Assembly (NCBI GenBank): GCA_027923505.1
Contig: BROI01000007.1
Coordinates: forward strand, 744,001 to 808,000
DNA length: 64,000 bases
Source: Mayamaea pseudoterrestris
Taxonomy: Eukaryota
Reading direction: 5' to 3'
Both the position numbers and the translations under genes were made by a program. Within the stretch, counting starts at the first letter, position 1. The number at the start of each line of letters is the position of its first letter. Below, in pieces: positions 39,415 to 50,748 of this stretch. The notes under the pieces are model-generated. The model worked only from the letters and a program-made list of their open reading frames with translations, ran no database searches and had not been told where the DNA came from.

Positions 39415-41391
39415 ATGTCTTCATCTCGACCAATATACATACCCCGCAATAAACGCAAGCGAATGTTAGATCATACCGTTTATTCCGTCGGCAGGGAGGA
39501 TGGATGGAAGCCGTCGTCCGACGGTTCGCTCCGTCAACCACTGGCAGCTTTTGACATTATGGACGAGCGCGACTTTGAGGAGTGGGGAGGAGCCACCAAG
39601 CTGCAGCAAGAATTTGCTGATTCCTCGCAGGCACGATCCGACGCCATTGCAGACTTGTTCACCGTCAAGCTTCCGACGCGCATCGGTGACAAGCTGCTGG
39701 CCAAGCTCGGATGGAAGCGAGAGACTGGATCTACGATACTACCAGATGATACACAACAATTAACGAGTTGTCATGATGGGTCCGATTTGCAGTTTCTGTC
39801 GCAGCGGCGGCTCCGCCGCATACAGTTGCAGCAGAAACGAGTCGAAATTCCCATTCCCAAGCTTGACAACACTGGTCTTGGCTACGATCCTCATCAAAAT
39901 GCACCCGAGTTTCAGGCCTACAAGGAACGAATGCTGAAACGACAAAAGAGTCGAGAGCCCAAGCATGAGTATCATATTGACAGCGTCCTTGGTAGAGAAC
40001 CAACGAAGCAAAAGCGAGATGGAGTCGACGACGATACTACTGACAATTCAGCTGCTTATCCCCACATGGCTCTGCAAGACTTTGTGGGGACGGAATCGGC
40101 GGCGGGGTTCGCCTTGCACGACGATGACGACGAACATGTGTTTGATCGTGACGATATTGCAAGCAAGCACATTTCCGCCAAAATCAAGCTCAACGTTGAC
40201 GAGTACGACATGGAAGCGTACGAGCCTGAAGAGAGCGGCAGCGACAATGATGATGAGCAACAAGGCAAGAGCAATGTGAATAAACCAGCAGAGTTAATGT
40301 CGAAATTCGGCGACGCTCTCTCGTCATGGTCGGGCGCGACGAGTGAAGCAAATAATGCGGCGCAAACTCTTATGGCCACTGCCGTGACGGCCGATGGCAA
40401 GCCACCACTGCCAGGCTTTGTTCTCGGCGGAAACGATCATACGTTACAAGTCAACCGCTTTCGCGGCCCCGACATGCCACCAGACTACCAGCTGCGTCCG
40501 CACAAGTTTGGTCCCAACGAGAATCCACGCGTATGGCAGGCATTGTCGCACTCGACCAAGCTGGCGGCGGCGGAGCAACGAAACGACCATGTGTTGGCGC
40601 AGGCGCGGATCGTGGCGCCAGCGAAGCAAATAAATGCGTCGGCGGTGCCACCAACTGCCAGCGTCTTTGGGAATCTGTCCAAAACCATGAATGATCGGTT
40701 TACGGCTGCTAGTACCGAATTAGAGACAGAGACGAGCACTCAAGACGAAACCAACGAGAAGGAAACGTCAGCGATACAAGTGAAGCGAACTGTACAACCA
40801 TTTTATCCTGAACCACTCTTGTGCAAACGTTTTGGCGTACCAGTTTTGCCAAAGCTGACGGTGCCAGTTAATGTTGTCAACAATCGCACGAGAGAAGAGT
40901 CCTTTTTTCATGATCACGTCCTGGCTCACGTGGACCGCTCGCAGGCTGCCGTCGTCAAGAAGCCATCAACGACTCGCGCCATTGAACGAATCGACGAAGT
41001 TGAAGTAGACCCGCTACTTTTGGTAGAGCGCCCTGAAATGGAAGTCTTCAAGTCGATTTTCGCAGCTGACTCTGATGTGGAGTCGTCAACATTGAGCGAC
41101 AATGATAATGATGACGTTACCAGCAAGGTTGAAAATGTCATGGAACGCTCGCAAAGTAACGAGAACAATGCTATCGTTAGCTCTTCGCAAGCGGGGCAAG
41201 ATCTTGTCACATATAGTCATCAAGCACTAGCAGATTCAACTTTCTCAAACGCGCATGTTGATGATGATGCTTCGACGGATCTTTCCGCTGCGTCATCCCA
41301 AAACGGCGGCCGCAAGCGCACCCGAAAGCACCGCAAGAAGCATGTAAAGCATAAGAAAGAAAAGAAAAAGAAGAAGAATAAAAGCTACTAG
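39415..41391 (+). CDS. G-patch domain protein, GPATCH1/TGH-like
   Basis: SVGREDGWKPS and DIMDERD (N-terminal conserved region), IGDKLLAKLGW...GLGY (G-patch), LPGFV, PEPLLCKRFGV, RPEMEVFKSIF, Lys-rich tail. Confidence 0.82.
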   Translation: MSSSRPIYIPRNKRKRMLDHTVYSVGREDGWKPSSDGSLRQPLAAFDIMDERDFEEWGGATKLQQEFADSSQARSDAIADLFTVKLPTRIGDKLLAKLGWKRETGSTILPDDTQQLTSCHDGSDLQFLSQRRLRRIQLQQKRVEIPIPKLDNTGLGYDPHQNAPEFQAYKERMLKRQKSREPKHEYHIDSVLGREPTKQKRDGVDDDTTDNSAAYPHMALQDFVGTESAAGFALHDDDDEHVFDRDDIASKHISAKIKLNVDEYDMEAYEPEESGSDNDDEQQGKSNVNKPAELMSKFGDALSSWSGATSEANNAAQTLMATAVTADGKPPLPGFVLGGNDHTLQVNRFRGPDMPPDYQLRPHKFGPNENPRVWQALSHSTKLAAAEQRNDHVLAQARIVAPAKQINASAVPPTASVFGNLSKTMNDRFTAASTELETETSTQDETNEKETSAIQVKRTVQPFYPEPLLCKRFGVPVLPKLTVPVNVVNNRTREESFFHDHVLAHVDRSQAAVVKKPSTTRAIERIDEVEVDPLLLVERPEMEVFKSIFAADSDVESSTLSDNDNDDVTSKVENVMERSQSNENNAIVSSSQAGQDLVTYSHQALADSTFSNAHVDDDASTDLSAASSQNGGRKRTRKHRKKHVKHKKEKKKKKNKSY

Positions 41392-41865
41392 ACACTATCT
41401 AAGCGAACATGATGTAAAAAATGGGACACGAACAGTTGAGCATGAGGTGGTGCCGAAGCTTCCACGCAGATGCAGAATCACGGGGCCGCGAGCCATGAAA
41501 GTTGGCCTAGGCAATCTTTCGACTTGTATTTTCTACCGTCGTCAAACTTTTGCGTAACTGTCAAGCAGCTTGCTGCTTTTATTAGGTTTTACCGACTGAT
41601 CCGTGTGACTCGATCGATGATTGACTACGGTACAATACGACAGTCCATACGCCACCCAGTCCTTTAATTCAAGGTGTAAACCATACACTAAATGGTATAA
41701 GCAACATGAAATTACAGATATAATTAATTATGTACGTGAAAATTATTGAAGTAGTTTTCATTCTTTGCTCGCGCATTCATGGCGGCAGCAAACGCGACAG
41801 TACGCATCGAGGCATAGCCATCAGCGCGAGATCGACCATCATGCGAGACTTGACAATGATTGCAT

Positions 41866-42321
41866 CTATAACCCTCGGCAAAGCTCCTCCAAGCAGTGGC
41901 TCGCGTCCGTGTCGACACTATTTGACCAAACCAGCGTTTGCACGCGACTCTTTTTCGTGGGACTTTCCATGACTGCAAACTCATCGTGATCATTTTCGTC
42001 CATGATTGGCGTGGCGCGCTTGAGCGTCCAAAGGTCGTTTAATTCCGGATCGGCCCAGACGGTGCGATGCCGAAAGGCTGGTGCGTCGTCGTCGTCGTCA
42101 CGTCGTGGCGCATCCTCCTCCGAGCGAACGTCGTCAGGCTTGGTTTCCGCATTGGCGCGAATAGTGAGCATGGAGGAAAGTGATGATGCAAGCGTCTGCT
42201 GCGGTTGCGACGTCTTTGTGATACCGAGCTCCTGCTGTTGGTAGTAGTGGTTGCAGTAGTCGTCGAAATATTTTTGACGATTGTGCGCGGAGAGCGGCAT
42301 TCGTGAGAGAGCAAACGTCAT
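41866..42321 (-). CDS. Hypothetical protein
   Basis: ATG-initiated 151-aa ORF with protein-like composition; no domain recognised. Confidence 0.5.
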   Translation of the reverse strand: MTFALSRMPLSAHNRQKYFDDYCNHYYQQQELGITKTSQPQQTLASSLSSMLTIRANAETKPDDVRSEEDAPRRDDDDDAPAFRHRTVWADPELNDLWTLKRATPIMDENDHDEFAVMESPTKKSRVQTLVWSNSVDTDASHCLEELCRGL

Positions 42322-42557
42322 GATGATTAAATCAAAGAGCAAGAGGTAAAGCAAGATATATAAAGTAAGTGAGCTGAATTATATGAATCTTGCTCGATGC
42401 AAAATGTATATCCAAGCGTTGCTGAATTTTATGGCAGTTGTCAGATCGACCGATCGTTTGTGTCACGCTCATCGAACGTTGCAACACGAGGCCGTAAGAA
42501 ATTTGGGAGCGCCATCATCAATCGTATTAAAAAGTCGGACGTTACACGATACTCGCA

Positions 42558-42815
42558 TTACACGCGGAGTTTGGGTTTGGCCGGCGGAAACTCGCCAAAC
42601 AGTCGTTGGCAGGACCGTTCCGTACGCACCTTGTTAGCTTTGGCAGCAGCAGTCGAGGTGCGCGTCTGCTGCTGGTTCACCTCGACCTTGCGCAGGGGCT
42701 GCCGCTTTCCGGCGCTCTGCGCTAATATTTCCGGAGCACTAAGGCTTTTGGAAGCGAGCTGGTCAAGTCGCTTCATGTAGTCAGAGACGGAAAGGCTAGT
42801 GTTGTTGCAGCTCAT
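42558..42815 (-). CDS. Small basic hypothetical protein (85 aa)
   Basis: ATG in ACC-ATG context; contains RQPLRKVEVN and SCQRLFG. Confidence 0.4.
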   Translation of the reverse strand: MSCNNTSLSVSDYMKRLDQLASKSLSAPEILAQSAGKRQPLRKVEVNQQQTRTSTAAAKANKVRTERSCQRLFGEFPPAKPKLRV

Positions 42816-43339
42816 GGTGATTGCTGTTCGATGTTGTGTGATGTGGGTGTCGTGGAAAGTCACGCGAAGCCGTTTGCAAGGACCGGCCGGCGCGTGTCCG
42901 GGTTCTTGACACAAAAAGATACCTTTGAGTCTTTATGCGACACGTTACTCGCGTCACCTCCCTCCGCGCGTTTTCCTCACGATGACGAAGATTCCGAGAC
43001 GGCAAACGAAAAAGGTGTGCTGCCACTCCTTCCATCTATAGCAGGCAGCGACGACTCCCTCTACTTGCAATTCCACGCCGCAATACATCAAGCACGCACG
43101 ACACGATTCGGTTCGCTCCCTCCCGCTCCATTTGCTCCTCCGTCGTTGCGGCGACGATTCTTGTTCGTTTCGCAATCTCGCTTCGGTCTGGCTCGTCGCA
43201 CGTCCCTCGCGTTCGATTTTCACATACGCTGGCTTGGAACAAGGTTTCGACAAGCAAAACTACGTTCAACAGAAACATTGAAACGTCAACAAAGTTGTAT
43301 TTAAATCTTCAAACTACTAATAGCGTTTCATCCCTCACC

Positions 43340-44266
43340 ATGCCTTTCGATGACGACAAAATCATTGACGGCACCAAAATCGCGGCTCTGTTAAAGGATG
43401 AAATCAAGCATCGCGTCGCCTCTCTACTGGAAACGTCAGGGATGACGCCTGGCTTGGCGGTTGTGTTGGTGGGAAAACGTCGCGACTCGCAAACCTACGT
43501 GAACATGAAGAAGAAGGCGTGCGCAACGTGCGGAATCAACAGCATGGGGTTCGACTTTGAGGATAACGTCACGCAGCTAGAGCTGCTCGAGACGATTCAA
43601 AGGCTCAACGACGATGCAGCCGTTCACGGAATATTGGTGCAGCTTCCGTTGCCGACTCATATTGACGAAAATGCGATACTGAGAGCGATTGATCCAGACA
43701 AGGATGTGGATGGTTTGCATCCAATCAATGTTGCAAACCTTTACCTTTACTCTGGCCAAGCCTTGGAGGCACCATTCTCCATTCCATGTACACCGCTTGG
43801 CTGTCTCGTCCTGTTGGATCGAGCGGGGATTGATTTGAAGGGAAAGAATTGCGTGGTACTCGGACGGTCCAACTTGGTGGGCCAACCAATGGCGCGCTTG
43901 CTGCTGGGTCGCGACGCTACCGTCACGACGGTGCATTCCAAGACGGTGGACCCGGCGTCCATTGTAAGAAACGCTGATGTGGTTGTCGCTGCTGTCGGTA
44001 GGGCTGGTATTGTCACGGCTGATTGGTTGAAATCGGGCGCTGTGGTCATTGACGTTGGCATTAACAGTGTCGATGTCGTTCCAGACAAACCTGGCGGAAA
44101 GACGTACAAGCTTGTTGGCGATGTGGATTATGAAACGGCCAAGGACGTTTGCTCAAAGATTACACCCGTTCCTGGTGGTGTCGGGCCCATGACGATTGCC
44201 ATGCTGTTGAACAATACATTGTGTTCCTGCGAGCGATTCGTGGAGAGGACTAGCGCCAATCACTGA
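43340..44266 (+). CDS. folD: Bifunctional methylenetetrahydrofolate dehydrogenase/cyclohydrolase
   Basis: YVNMKKKAC, GILVQLPLP, KDVDGLHP, PCTPLG, GRSNLVG, IDVGIN and ITPVPGGVGPMTIAML. Confidence 0.97.
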   Translation: MPFDDDKIIDGTKIAALLKDEIKHRVASLLETSGMTPGLAVVLVGKRRDSQTYVNMKKKACATCGINSMGFDFEDNVTQLELLETIQRLNDDAAVHGILVQLPLPTHIDENAILRAIDPDKDVDGLHPINVANLYLYSGQALEAPFSIPCTPLGCLVLLDRAGIDLKGKNCVVLGRSNLVGQPMARLLLGRDATVTTVHSKTVDPASIVRNADVVVAAVGRAGIVTADWLKSGAVVIDVGINSVDVVPDKPGGKTYKLVGDVDYETAKDVCSKITPVPGGVGPMTIAMLLNNTLCSCERFVERTSANH

Positions 44267-44467
44267 ATATGGCAACGTCTCGGCATACCGAACTTGATGG
44301 CGATACAAAAGTGGTCTAAATCTATCGATAGTATGGCTTAAAATATCCATTTCTATTATGTTTTACAGGAGGTGTTATGTTATTCTTACACATGTATATC
44401 GTCCTGGTGTATTGAGCGAGTCGACATTTCATCTATTCAGTCAAGTGACGTTATATTACAGCATCGC

Positions 44468-45835
44468 TTAAGTAGTTTGTCGATGAATGAGCTCCAATGA
44501 TTCAACGATTCCGCGCACAGTTCCTTGCGGTGTTTTGAAGTACGTGTTGTAAAGCTCAAGACAGTTGCGTTGTCTTCGGCAGCGCTCAGCCTTGGAAATG
44601 CTCCGGAGAATTCGTTCCGTCTCGTATACTTGCGCCTCCGGGATGAGAATCGCGCATGATTTGTTCCAGTCAATGAGTCTTTTGTGAAAAGGCAGCAGCC
44701 AGTCATCGGAATGGACTACAGGAATGGCGCCAGCCGAAAGCACCTCGGTGAATCGGTACGAATACAGGTTATCACCCTTGGGAGAAGCACCAAATGTGCT
44801 TTTTTTCAGCAATTCATGAAAGGTAAGAAAGAAGTATTTGTCTTGGAATGCCCGTGTTGACAGGTAAATGACATCGCGGGTATTGCTCATATTAAAAAGC
44901 ATCGCCTGTCGTGGACCAGGCCTCGGCGTTCCGACAAAGGTGACCAGGAATGGCCGGTCAGTGTCATTACAAGAGTTGATAGCATCCAATTCATCCGGTC
45001 GCAACTGTACAACATTCAGTGGTCCCGGTGCAAGGCCTTGATCGAGCTCTAGATTGACGTGGGCACCAGGCGCAGACTCGGCCACCAGCGAGAGTTGCTT
45101 GCTTGTCACTTGTTGCTTCCGAAACGCGGGACCCGGTCCCAAACCTCGGCAGTTATAGACCACCAGTATAGCATTTGGGTATTTGTGAATGGTTCTGAGT
45201 GCCGTGAATAGGTAGTGGCAGTTTTTAGCGTCGTAGCAAATGTGGGAGTACCCGGGCGTGAACAATCGCCCACCTTCCACATCAGAGTTTGCGAGAAACC
45301 CTTTACCGTAGAATGGATAGTTGCTCTCAAAACACGTCTCCACATCAAGAAATACATAGTATTGTGTTTGTTCATTAAGTGTTAAAGTTCCGTCAACGAT
45401 TTGCGACCAGCGAACGGATGGATCGAAATTGGGATGATCAACCGTTCCTTGAAGTAATTCTCTACTCCGTAGTGAGCGACTAGCCAGCAACCCCTTTGTG
45501 ACATTTACCTGGTTCCAACCAATATCTGTTAGAATGAGCTTGTAGGTGGGTTGTGGGAGTGCTGGGTCGTACATCCAAGGACGGCTGACATTTGGGTCGA
45601 GGTGAATGGTCGGGTCGTTGATGAACGAATAGATGTGCTTGCCTCCAGTTCGATATTTTCCGTTGTATTGCTCAAAACTCAAATTTGCTTTTCGTTGATC
45701 AGTTATGGAATACGATACACTGGAGACAGTATTCCGAAAGGATCCTGCAAGGAGGCATGCCACGAAAAAACCGGAGGCGACGATGCGCCATCTTTTGACA
45801 TTTCTCCTACTCGGACCAACCCCCAAATCGAGCAT
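44468..45835 (-). CDS. Exostosin family glycosyltransferase (GT47)
   Basis: N-terminal TM; STFGASPKGDNLYSYRFTEVLSAGAIPVV. Confidence 0.88.
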   Translation of the reverse strand: MLDLGVGPSRRNVKRWRIVASGFFVACLLAGSFRNTVSSVSYSITDQRKANLSFEQYNGKYRTGGKHIYSFINDPTIHLDPNVSRPWMYDPALPQPTYKLILTDIGWNQVNVTKGLLASRSLRSRELLQGTVDHPNFDPSVRWSQIVDGTLTLNEQTQYYVFLDVETCFESNYPFYGKGFLANSDVEGGRLFTPGYSHICYDAKNCHYLFTALRTIHKYPNAILVVYNCRGLGPGPAFRKQQVTSKQLSLVAESAPGAHVNLELDQGLAPGPLNVVQLRPDELDAINSCNDTDRPFLVTFVGTPRPGPRQAMLFNMSNTRDVIYLSTRAFQDKYFFLTFHELLKKSTFGASPKGDNLYSYRFTEVLSAGAIPVVHSDDWLLPFHKRLIDWNKSCAILIPEAQVYETERILRSISKAERCRRQRNCLELYNTYFKTPQGTVRGIVESLELIHRQTT

Positions 45836-46192
45836 GGCTACCGCAGGCAGCGCTCAGAAAATAAGGAAGGACGCCAACTATTGTAATTGTTTTCTGAAGC
45901 TGTTGGTAAGTGCAAGCTTGTTCAGCTTTATTCGATCAGCTTTTTCTTCTGCGAGAGGCTAGCGAACCTCGATTTGGCGATCATCGAATGAAGAATATGT
46001 CGCACTGGCGACACTTGCACAGTAACGTTGACTCCGCTCAAAGTATGTGTCCTCTCTTTCGATCCAAAACCGCAACGCACATCAAGCTTGACGTTTAAAC
46101 TTCGTCGCGCGCTCATCTTCATTGCTTTCGCTGCACGTTGTGTGTTGTTAGCATTGGCCGACATCAAGCTCGACGTAACGTTCGATGGAGAA

Positions 46193-47599
46193 TCACTGCT
46201 GCTTCACTAACAGCTCATCACCCTTCTGTATGAGCTCAAGTGCATCAATGATTCCGCGTACAGTCCCTTGCGGGCTCGCAAAGTACTTTTGGTAAATATC
46301 CAGACAGTTGCGCTGGCGGCGACACCGTTCTTCCTTGGGAATGCCGCGCAAAATAGTTTCCGTCTGGTACACGTTTGCCTCGGGAATAATAATGGCGCAA
46401 GTCTCATTCCACTTGATTAACGCATCATGAAACGGCAGTACCCATCCATCCGAGTAAACCACAGGAATCGCACCTGCCGAAAGAACTTCGGTGAAGCGAT
46501 AGGAAAACAAATTGTCGCCTCGAGGGGCTGCTCCATAGACACTCTTCTTGAGCATTTCCGAATACGTTATGGAAGGAAACTGATTATGGAAATCGCGTGT
46601 GGACAAAAATATTGCATCGTGGCCGTTGCTCATGTTGTAAAGCAAGGCTTCGCGAGGACCAGCTCTGAATTCACCCACAAAGGTTACTAAATATGGCCGG
46701 TCGCCACAAGAATTGATTGCTTCGATTTCACTTGCACCAAGCTCCACAGCGTTTAGACGACCGGGCGGCAACCCTTGGTCTACGTGAGGGTTGAACTCGT
46801 CCGTGCTCATTGATGCGGCAACGAGTGAAAGCTGGTTCGTTTTCACCAATTCCTTTCGAAATTTTGCCGTCGGACCCCATCCTCGGCAATAGTAAGATAC
46901 GAGCATCATGTTCGGATGCTTGTGAACAGTTTCAAGTGTTTTGTAAAGGTAGTCGCAGTCAAGAATGGAGTAGCAAGGCTCCGCGTTTGCTTTCGAAAAG
47001 GTTCGTCCACCAACACGGTCAGCGTTTGCCGCAAAGCCGTCCACAGGATCCATGTAGATTGGATAATTGCTTTCGAAGCAAGTCTCAACGTCCATAAATA
47101 TATAGTAGCGAGTGTTTGGGTCAAGAATATGGGTTCCGTCGACAATTTGCGACCAATGAATTGTAGCGTCAAAGTAAGGATGATCCACCATGCCGTGCAC
47201 CAATTCTCTGCTTCGTAGCGAGCGACCAAACGATAAACCATGCGTTTGATTGAAGTGATTCCATCCAAAGTCTGTCAAAATGAGTTTGTAGGGAGGCTGC
47301 GGCGCAGACGAGTTGAATTGCCAGGGCCGACTACTGACGTTCCGAGTCGGAAGAATCGTCAAATCATTGATGAATGGAAACGCAGGCAGTCGATTATCCT
47401 TTCGAATCAAGTAGCCGCCACTAGCCAAATCTCGAAAACCTTTGGCTTTGGTCTCTTGCTCGCGTGACAGATCAACTAAACCGCTTCGGTGCGTTCCGAT
47501 GAGCAGCAATGGTGAAAGCAGAAGGAAGCCGTATGCAGCAAAGACTTGCGACCGTCGAAAGCGAGTCATTCTACAGCTCGAATCTTTCTCTGTTAACAT
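46193..47599 (-). CDS. Exostosin family glycosyltransferase (GT47), tandem paralog
   Basis: N-terminal TM; YGAAPRGDNLFSYRFTEVLSAGAIPVV. Confidence 0.88.
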   Translation of the reverse strand: MLTEKDSSCRMTRFRRSQVFAAYGFLLLSPLLLIGTHRSGLVDLSREQETKAKGFRDLASGGYLIRKDNRLPAFPFINDLTILPTRNVSSRPWQFNSSAPQPPYKLILTDFGWNHFNQTHGLSFGRSLRSRELVHGMVDHPYFDATIHWSQIVDGTHILDPNTRYYIFMDVETCFESNYPIYMDPVDGFAANADRVGGRTFSKANAEPCYSILDCDYLYKTLETVHKHPNMMLVSYYCRGWGPTAKFRKELVKTNQLSLVAASMSTDEFNPHVDQGLPPGRLNAVELGASEIEAINSCGDRPYLVTFVGEFRAGPREALLYNMSNGHDAIFLSTRDFHNQFPSITYSEMLKKSVYGAAPRGDNLFSYRFTEVLSAGAIPVVYSDGWVLPFHDALIKWNETCAIIIPEANVYQTETILRGIPKEERCRRQRNCLDIYQKYFASPQGTVRGIIDALELIQKGDELLVKQQ

Positions 47600-47878
47600 T
47601 TTCCATCTTCCATAGCATAATGTAAGCCAGTAAATGTATCAAACTCGAGCAGCAAGGACGGAGCAAGAAACTATAGTGGTCGTGAAGACGATAGTCAGTG
47701 CGCATCACCACAAGGTGAGTGCGTTGCTGGCAGTGCGAGGTTGCAGTCACTGTCGCACCAGTACTCAACAGTCATTCTCGTTCAAATCCGTCGCAGCGAG
47801 CTTTGCCTCTTGAACTCACACATTCAACTGGATGTCATCACAAAGCCATCAAAGCCATCACGATTAGCATTTTGAAGT

Positions 47879-48367
47879 ATGAAGACTTGTCAGATAGCTT
47901 TACTTGGACTACTAGCCTTGCTTTGCCAGACGTTGGTGCATGGATTCGTGCATCAACTCGCAAGAGCGCGCGGGTCACTGGCGTTTAGAAGTTTAAAACA
48001 AAGCAATGACGAGCCGAACAAGGTCACAGAGCCGATCAGCGACCAATCAATGGGCAAACCAAAGACAGTCTTTACCCAAATGACGGCGTTGCCGACTACT
48101 GCAAAGGCGTTATCATCAAACAAGCTCTCGACCCGGTCATTCATTGATGCGAAAAAGGCGTTTCAGTGGATGGATGTGACAGCCGACTATATGATATTAG
48201 TCATGGTAGCCTTTCTATGTGCAACAGTGTTGCTTATTTCGAACGGATACGCATATACTTGGACGGCTGATGGCTTCATCGTTGATACCATTACGCACAT
48301 TCGTGAGCAGCAAGACTTTCAAAATGAAGTTTGGCGAATGGCTCATAACTATGCCACGCCTACCTAG
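47879..48367 (+). CDS. Hypothetical membrane protein, probably plastid-targeted
   Basis: Signal peptide ending VHG-F, basic transit-like stretch, one TM segment. Confidence 0.55.
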   Translation: MKTCQIALLGLLALLCQTLVHGFVHQLARARGSLAFRSLKQSNDEPNKVTEPISDQSMGKPKTVFTQMTALPTTAKALSSNKLSTRSFIDAKKAFQWMDVTADYMILVMVAFLCATVLLISNGYAYTWTADGFIVDTITHIREQQDFQNEVWRMAHNYATPT

Positions 48368-48873
48368 TAAATAACGAGACGGTAATAGGTAAACTAACAT
48401 AGTTGAGGTTATTTACTTATCCTTCGTGACGGACGGCAGACTTGTTGCCGCATGTCGCCAATGCATTTCCCGCATTTTTGTTTCGGTAAGGCTTTCCAGG
48501 CAAGCGCAGGAGCTAGTCCGTAGAATATAAACCATTTACCGTAAGTAGTGAACCGCAAACATATTTTCGCGTGCACGAAGACCATCAGAGTTGCCGAGCC
48601 TGTTAGCCAGATGGCGCTGAACTCAAGCATTCCATTGCTCTTCCAAGCCATCTCGCCAAGCACTTGCTGCTCGTGACAGGAACGATTGGTACCGCTCCAG
48701 CTTAGAAAAGTGCTTTTGCGGCAACATCGCATGTTTCCAAAGCAAATCTGTTTCTGGCTGGTTGAGAGACATTTGCCACCAAGTCCAAGGCTATCGATCT
48801 GCGCCCGAAAAGTCGTGAATTATAATGCGGCTTAACTACAACATGGCGAGTGCGAGAACGCAGCCACTGTTGA

Positions 48874-50259
48874 TTACTCATAATCAATAATTGGTGCATT
48901 GAGTATCGCTTGATCTGATGTGTGTTTTGGAATCGTAATGAATCTAGCCGACACGACAATTTCAAAAGCCGACAACCCATACTTCTGTACTGCAAGGTAC
49001 CAAAATGCCCCATCCGGGAAGACGTCCCATACAAATGAATCCGGACCAGGTAGTGCGCTATACAGCCCTCGCCACTTCAAAAGGTGTCCTGGCAAAAAAT
49101 AAAACTCTCGCAGTCGATATTCAGTGCGCTCAAGAACCATTTTATTTGGACTACCACTCAGCATGTCATGTGCGGATTGTCGCGGAGCTTGTCGCCACAC
49201 TAAATCTTCAGTCTGGTAAGTTACTCTTAGATAATTGCTGAATTCTACTCCGGAAGGTCCCAGGTCGCAAGGCATCAGATCCGGATGTGAGCCAATCCAT
49301 TGTTCCATGGTCGAGGCTTCATTTTCTAACTTCACCCGATCTTCTGGGTACAAATTTGTCTTGACATCTCCGCGTAAACGTTTGACCAAAACATCTTTCA
49401 CAACTCGCTGCAAAGACTCATGAAACTCGTTTGGCGAAATCAGTTTGCGAACGTAGGCGCACGTTGCGGTCCACATGTCGCCTTTGAAGTGTAACGCATG
49501 GTCCGTTGCGAATTGGAGCCCACAAACGTTGCATTGGTCGTACGGCTGCTGCTGCAACGCACTCATGCATTCTTGGCTTAGCGCCGATTTGGTCAAGATA
49601 TTCCGCAGGCCTCGGTTGACAGGTAGTTCCGAGTTTGTCACGCGAGGATTGGAGTGAATGTACGAAACAATTTGTGCAGTGTGGTCTTCGTCGTCGAGAC
49701 TGGAACAGTATTCATACATTTGTTGCAACGTTGCAGCTTTACTCGTCACATGACCCTTACTGTAACATCGCAAGTCAAATCTCTCGCAAATGGCTTGTAT
49801 CATCGATGTGTTGGCGATCAATTCATGTTCCATTGGTCCTTGGGTGTTGTAGTAAACCACCTGGACCGTCGACAATGCAATTTGCTCGAGCTGCTCTGCC
49901 ACAATCCGACTCGCGTAGATATTTTCTTCCGTGGCTTCAGAGACCACAATGTCATAGAAGACTGCATCTGCTGCCGTTTTTCGAACACCAAACGACATTT
50001 CGGCCATGAATTGGTGGAGGGACTCGGCGAGTGCAATCCTCGTGCTACGATAATCCGAGTCCACATATCGTTGCATCCATATCGTATACGACGTCCATGT
50101 GATCGATAGGAAAAAGAGTATGACTCTCAAGTTGCTTTGACTGTGTAATGAATTCGCAGTACTTCGTGAGGGCCGTGAAGACGGTCGTGGCCGACGCTGC
50201 GAATGCGAATGGACAGCTCCTTTTCGAGCCTGTCGTTGTTGAACGGCATCGGTCGTCAT
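48874..50259 (-). CDS. Hypothetical type II membrane protein with Cys-containing luminal domain
   Basis: 461-aa ORF; TM near the N-terminus; CNVCGLQF, GDMWTATCAYVRKLISP and EQWIGSHP motifs. Confidence 0.75.
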   Translation of the reverse strand: MTTDAVQQRQARKGAVHSHSQRRPRPSSRPSRSTANSLHSQSNLRVILFFLSITWTSYTIWMQRYVDSDYRSTRIALAESLHQFMAEMSFGVRKTAADAVFYDIVVSEATEENIYASRIVAEQLEQIALSTVQVVYYNTQGPMEHELIANTSMIQAICERFDLRCYSKGHVTSKAATLQQMYEYCSSLDDEDHTAQIVSYIHSNPRVTNSELPVNRGLRNILTKSALSQECMSALQQQPYDQCNVCGLQFATDHALHFKGDMWTATCAYVRKLISPNEFHESLQRVVKDVLVKRLRGDVKTNLYPEDRVKLENEASTMEQWIGSHPDLMPCDLGPSGVEFSNYLRVTYQTEDLVWRQAPRQSAHDMLSGSPNKMVLERTEYRLREFYFLPGHLLKWRGLYSALPGPDSFVWDVFPDGAFWYLAVQKYGLSAFEIVVSARFITIPKHTSDQAILNAPIIDYE

Positions 50260-50748
50260 GCGTTGAACTTTTGTTTAAAAACTCCTATGTCTGGTCAATG
50301 TCTCAGTATTTAGAAGAAAGGTGGGTCATATCGGCAAACAACAGGACGATGAGGATGATGTTATGCGACGCACCTCTCCCTCCACTCGCTCGCCAGTTCA
50401 AAATTCAAACGAGTACCGGACAGACAGTTTTGCGAGCCGGCAAGGCGCATCGACCTCGCGTCACCACCCAAAAATTCGCACGCGACAAAAAGGTCGACGG
50501 AATTCCGAGACTTTCTCGAAGGTCGCGTGGATGTAAATGAGGAAGAAGGACGGTATGATAGGTACAAGCATGTTGTACATATAAATGCGGGGCAAAGATG
50601 ATACATGAGCAAAATTATACGACCTGCTTTGTATCGATTGGGTCCTCCAGAATATACGTCTGCTGCTGATTTTCTACTGCGCCCACCTTGCGCATTCGTC
50701 ATTCGCTTGCTTTGCTCTGATAACAAACATTAAAAGCTCGGTTTCGTC

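Noticed and set aside
22393..44266. gcvT and folD as a one-carbon metabolism cluster
   Set aside because: About 20 kb apart with many unrelated genes between them.
48409..48870. Possible extra exon of the 48874-50259 gene, or a separate ORF
   Set aside because: Candidate splices lead to early stops and no recognisable protein.
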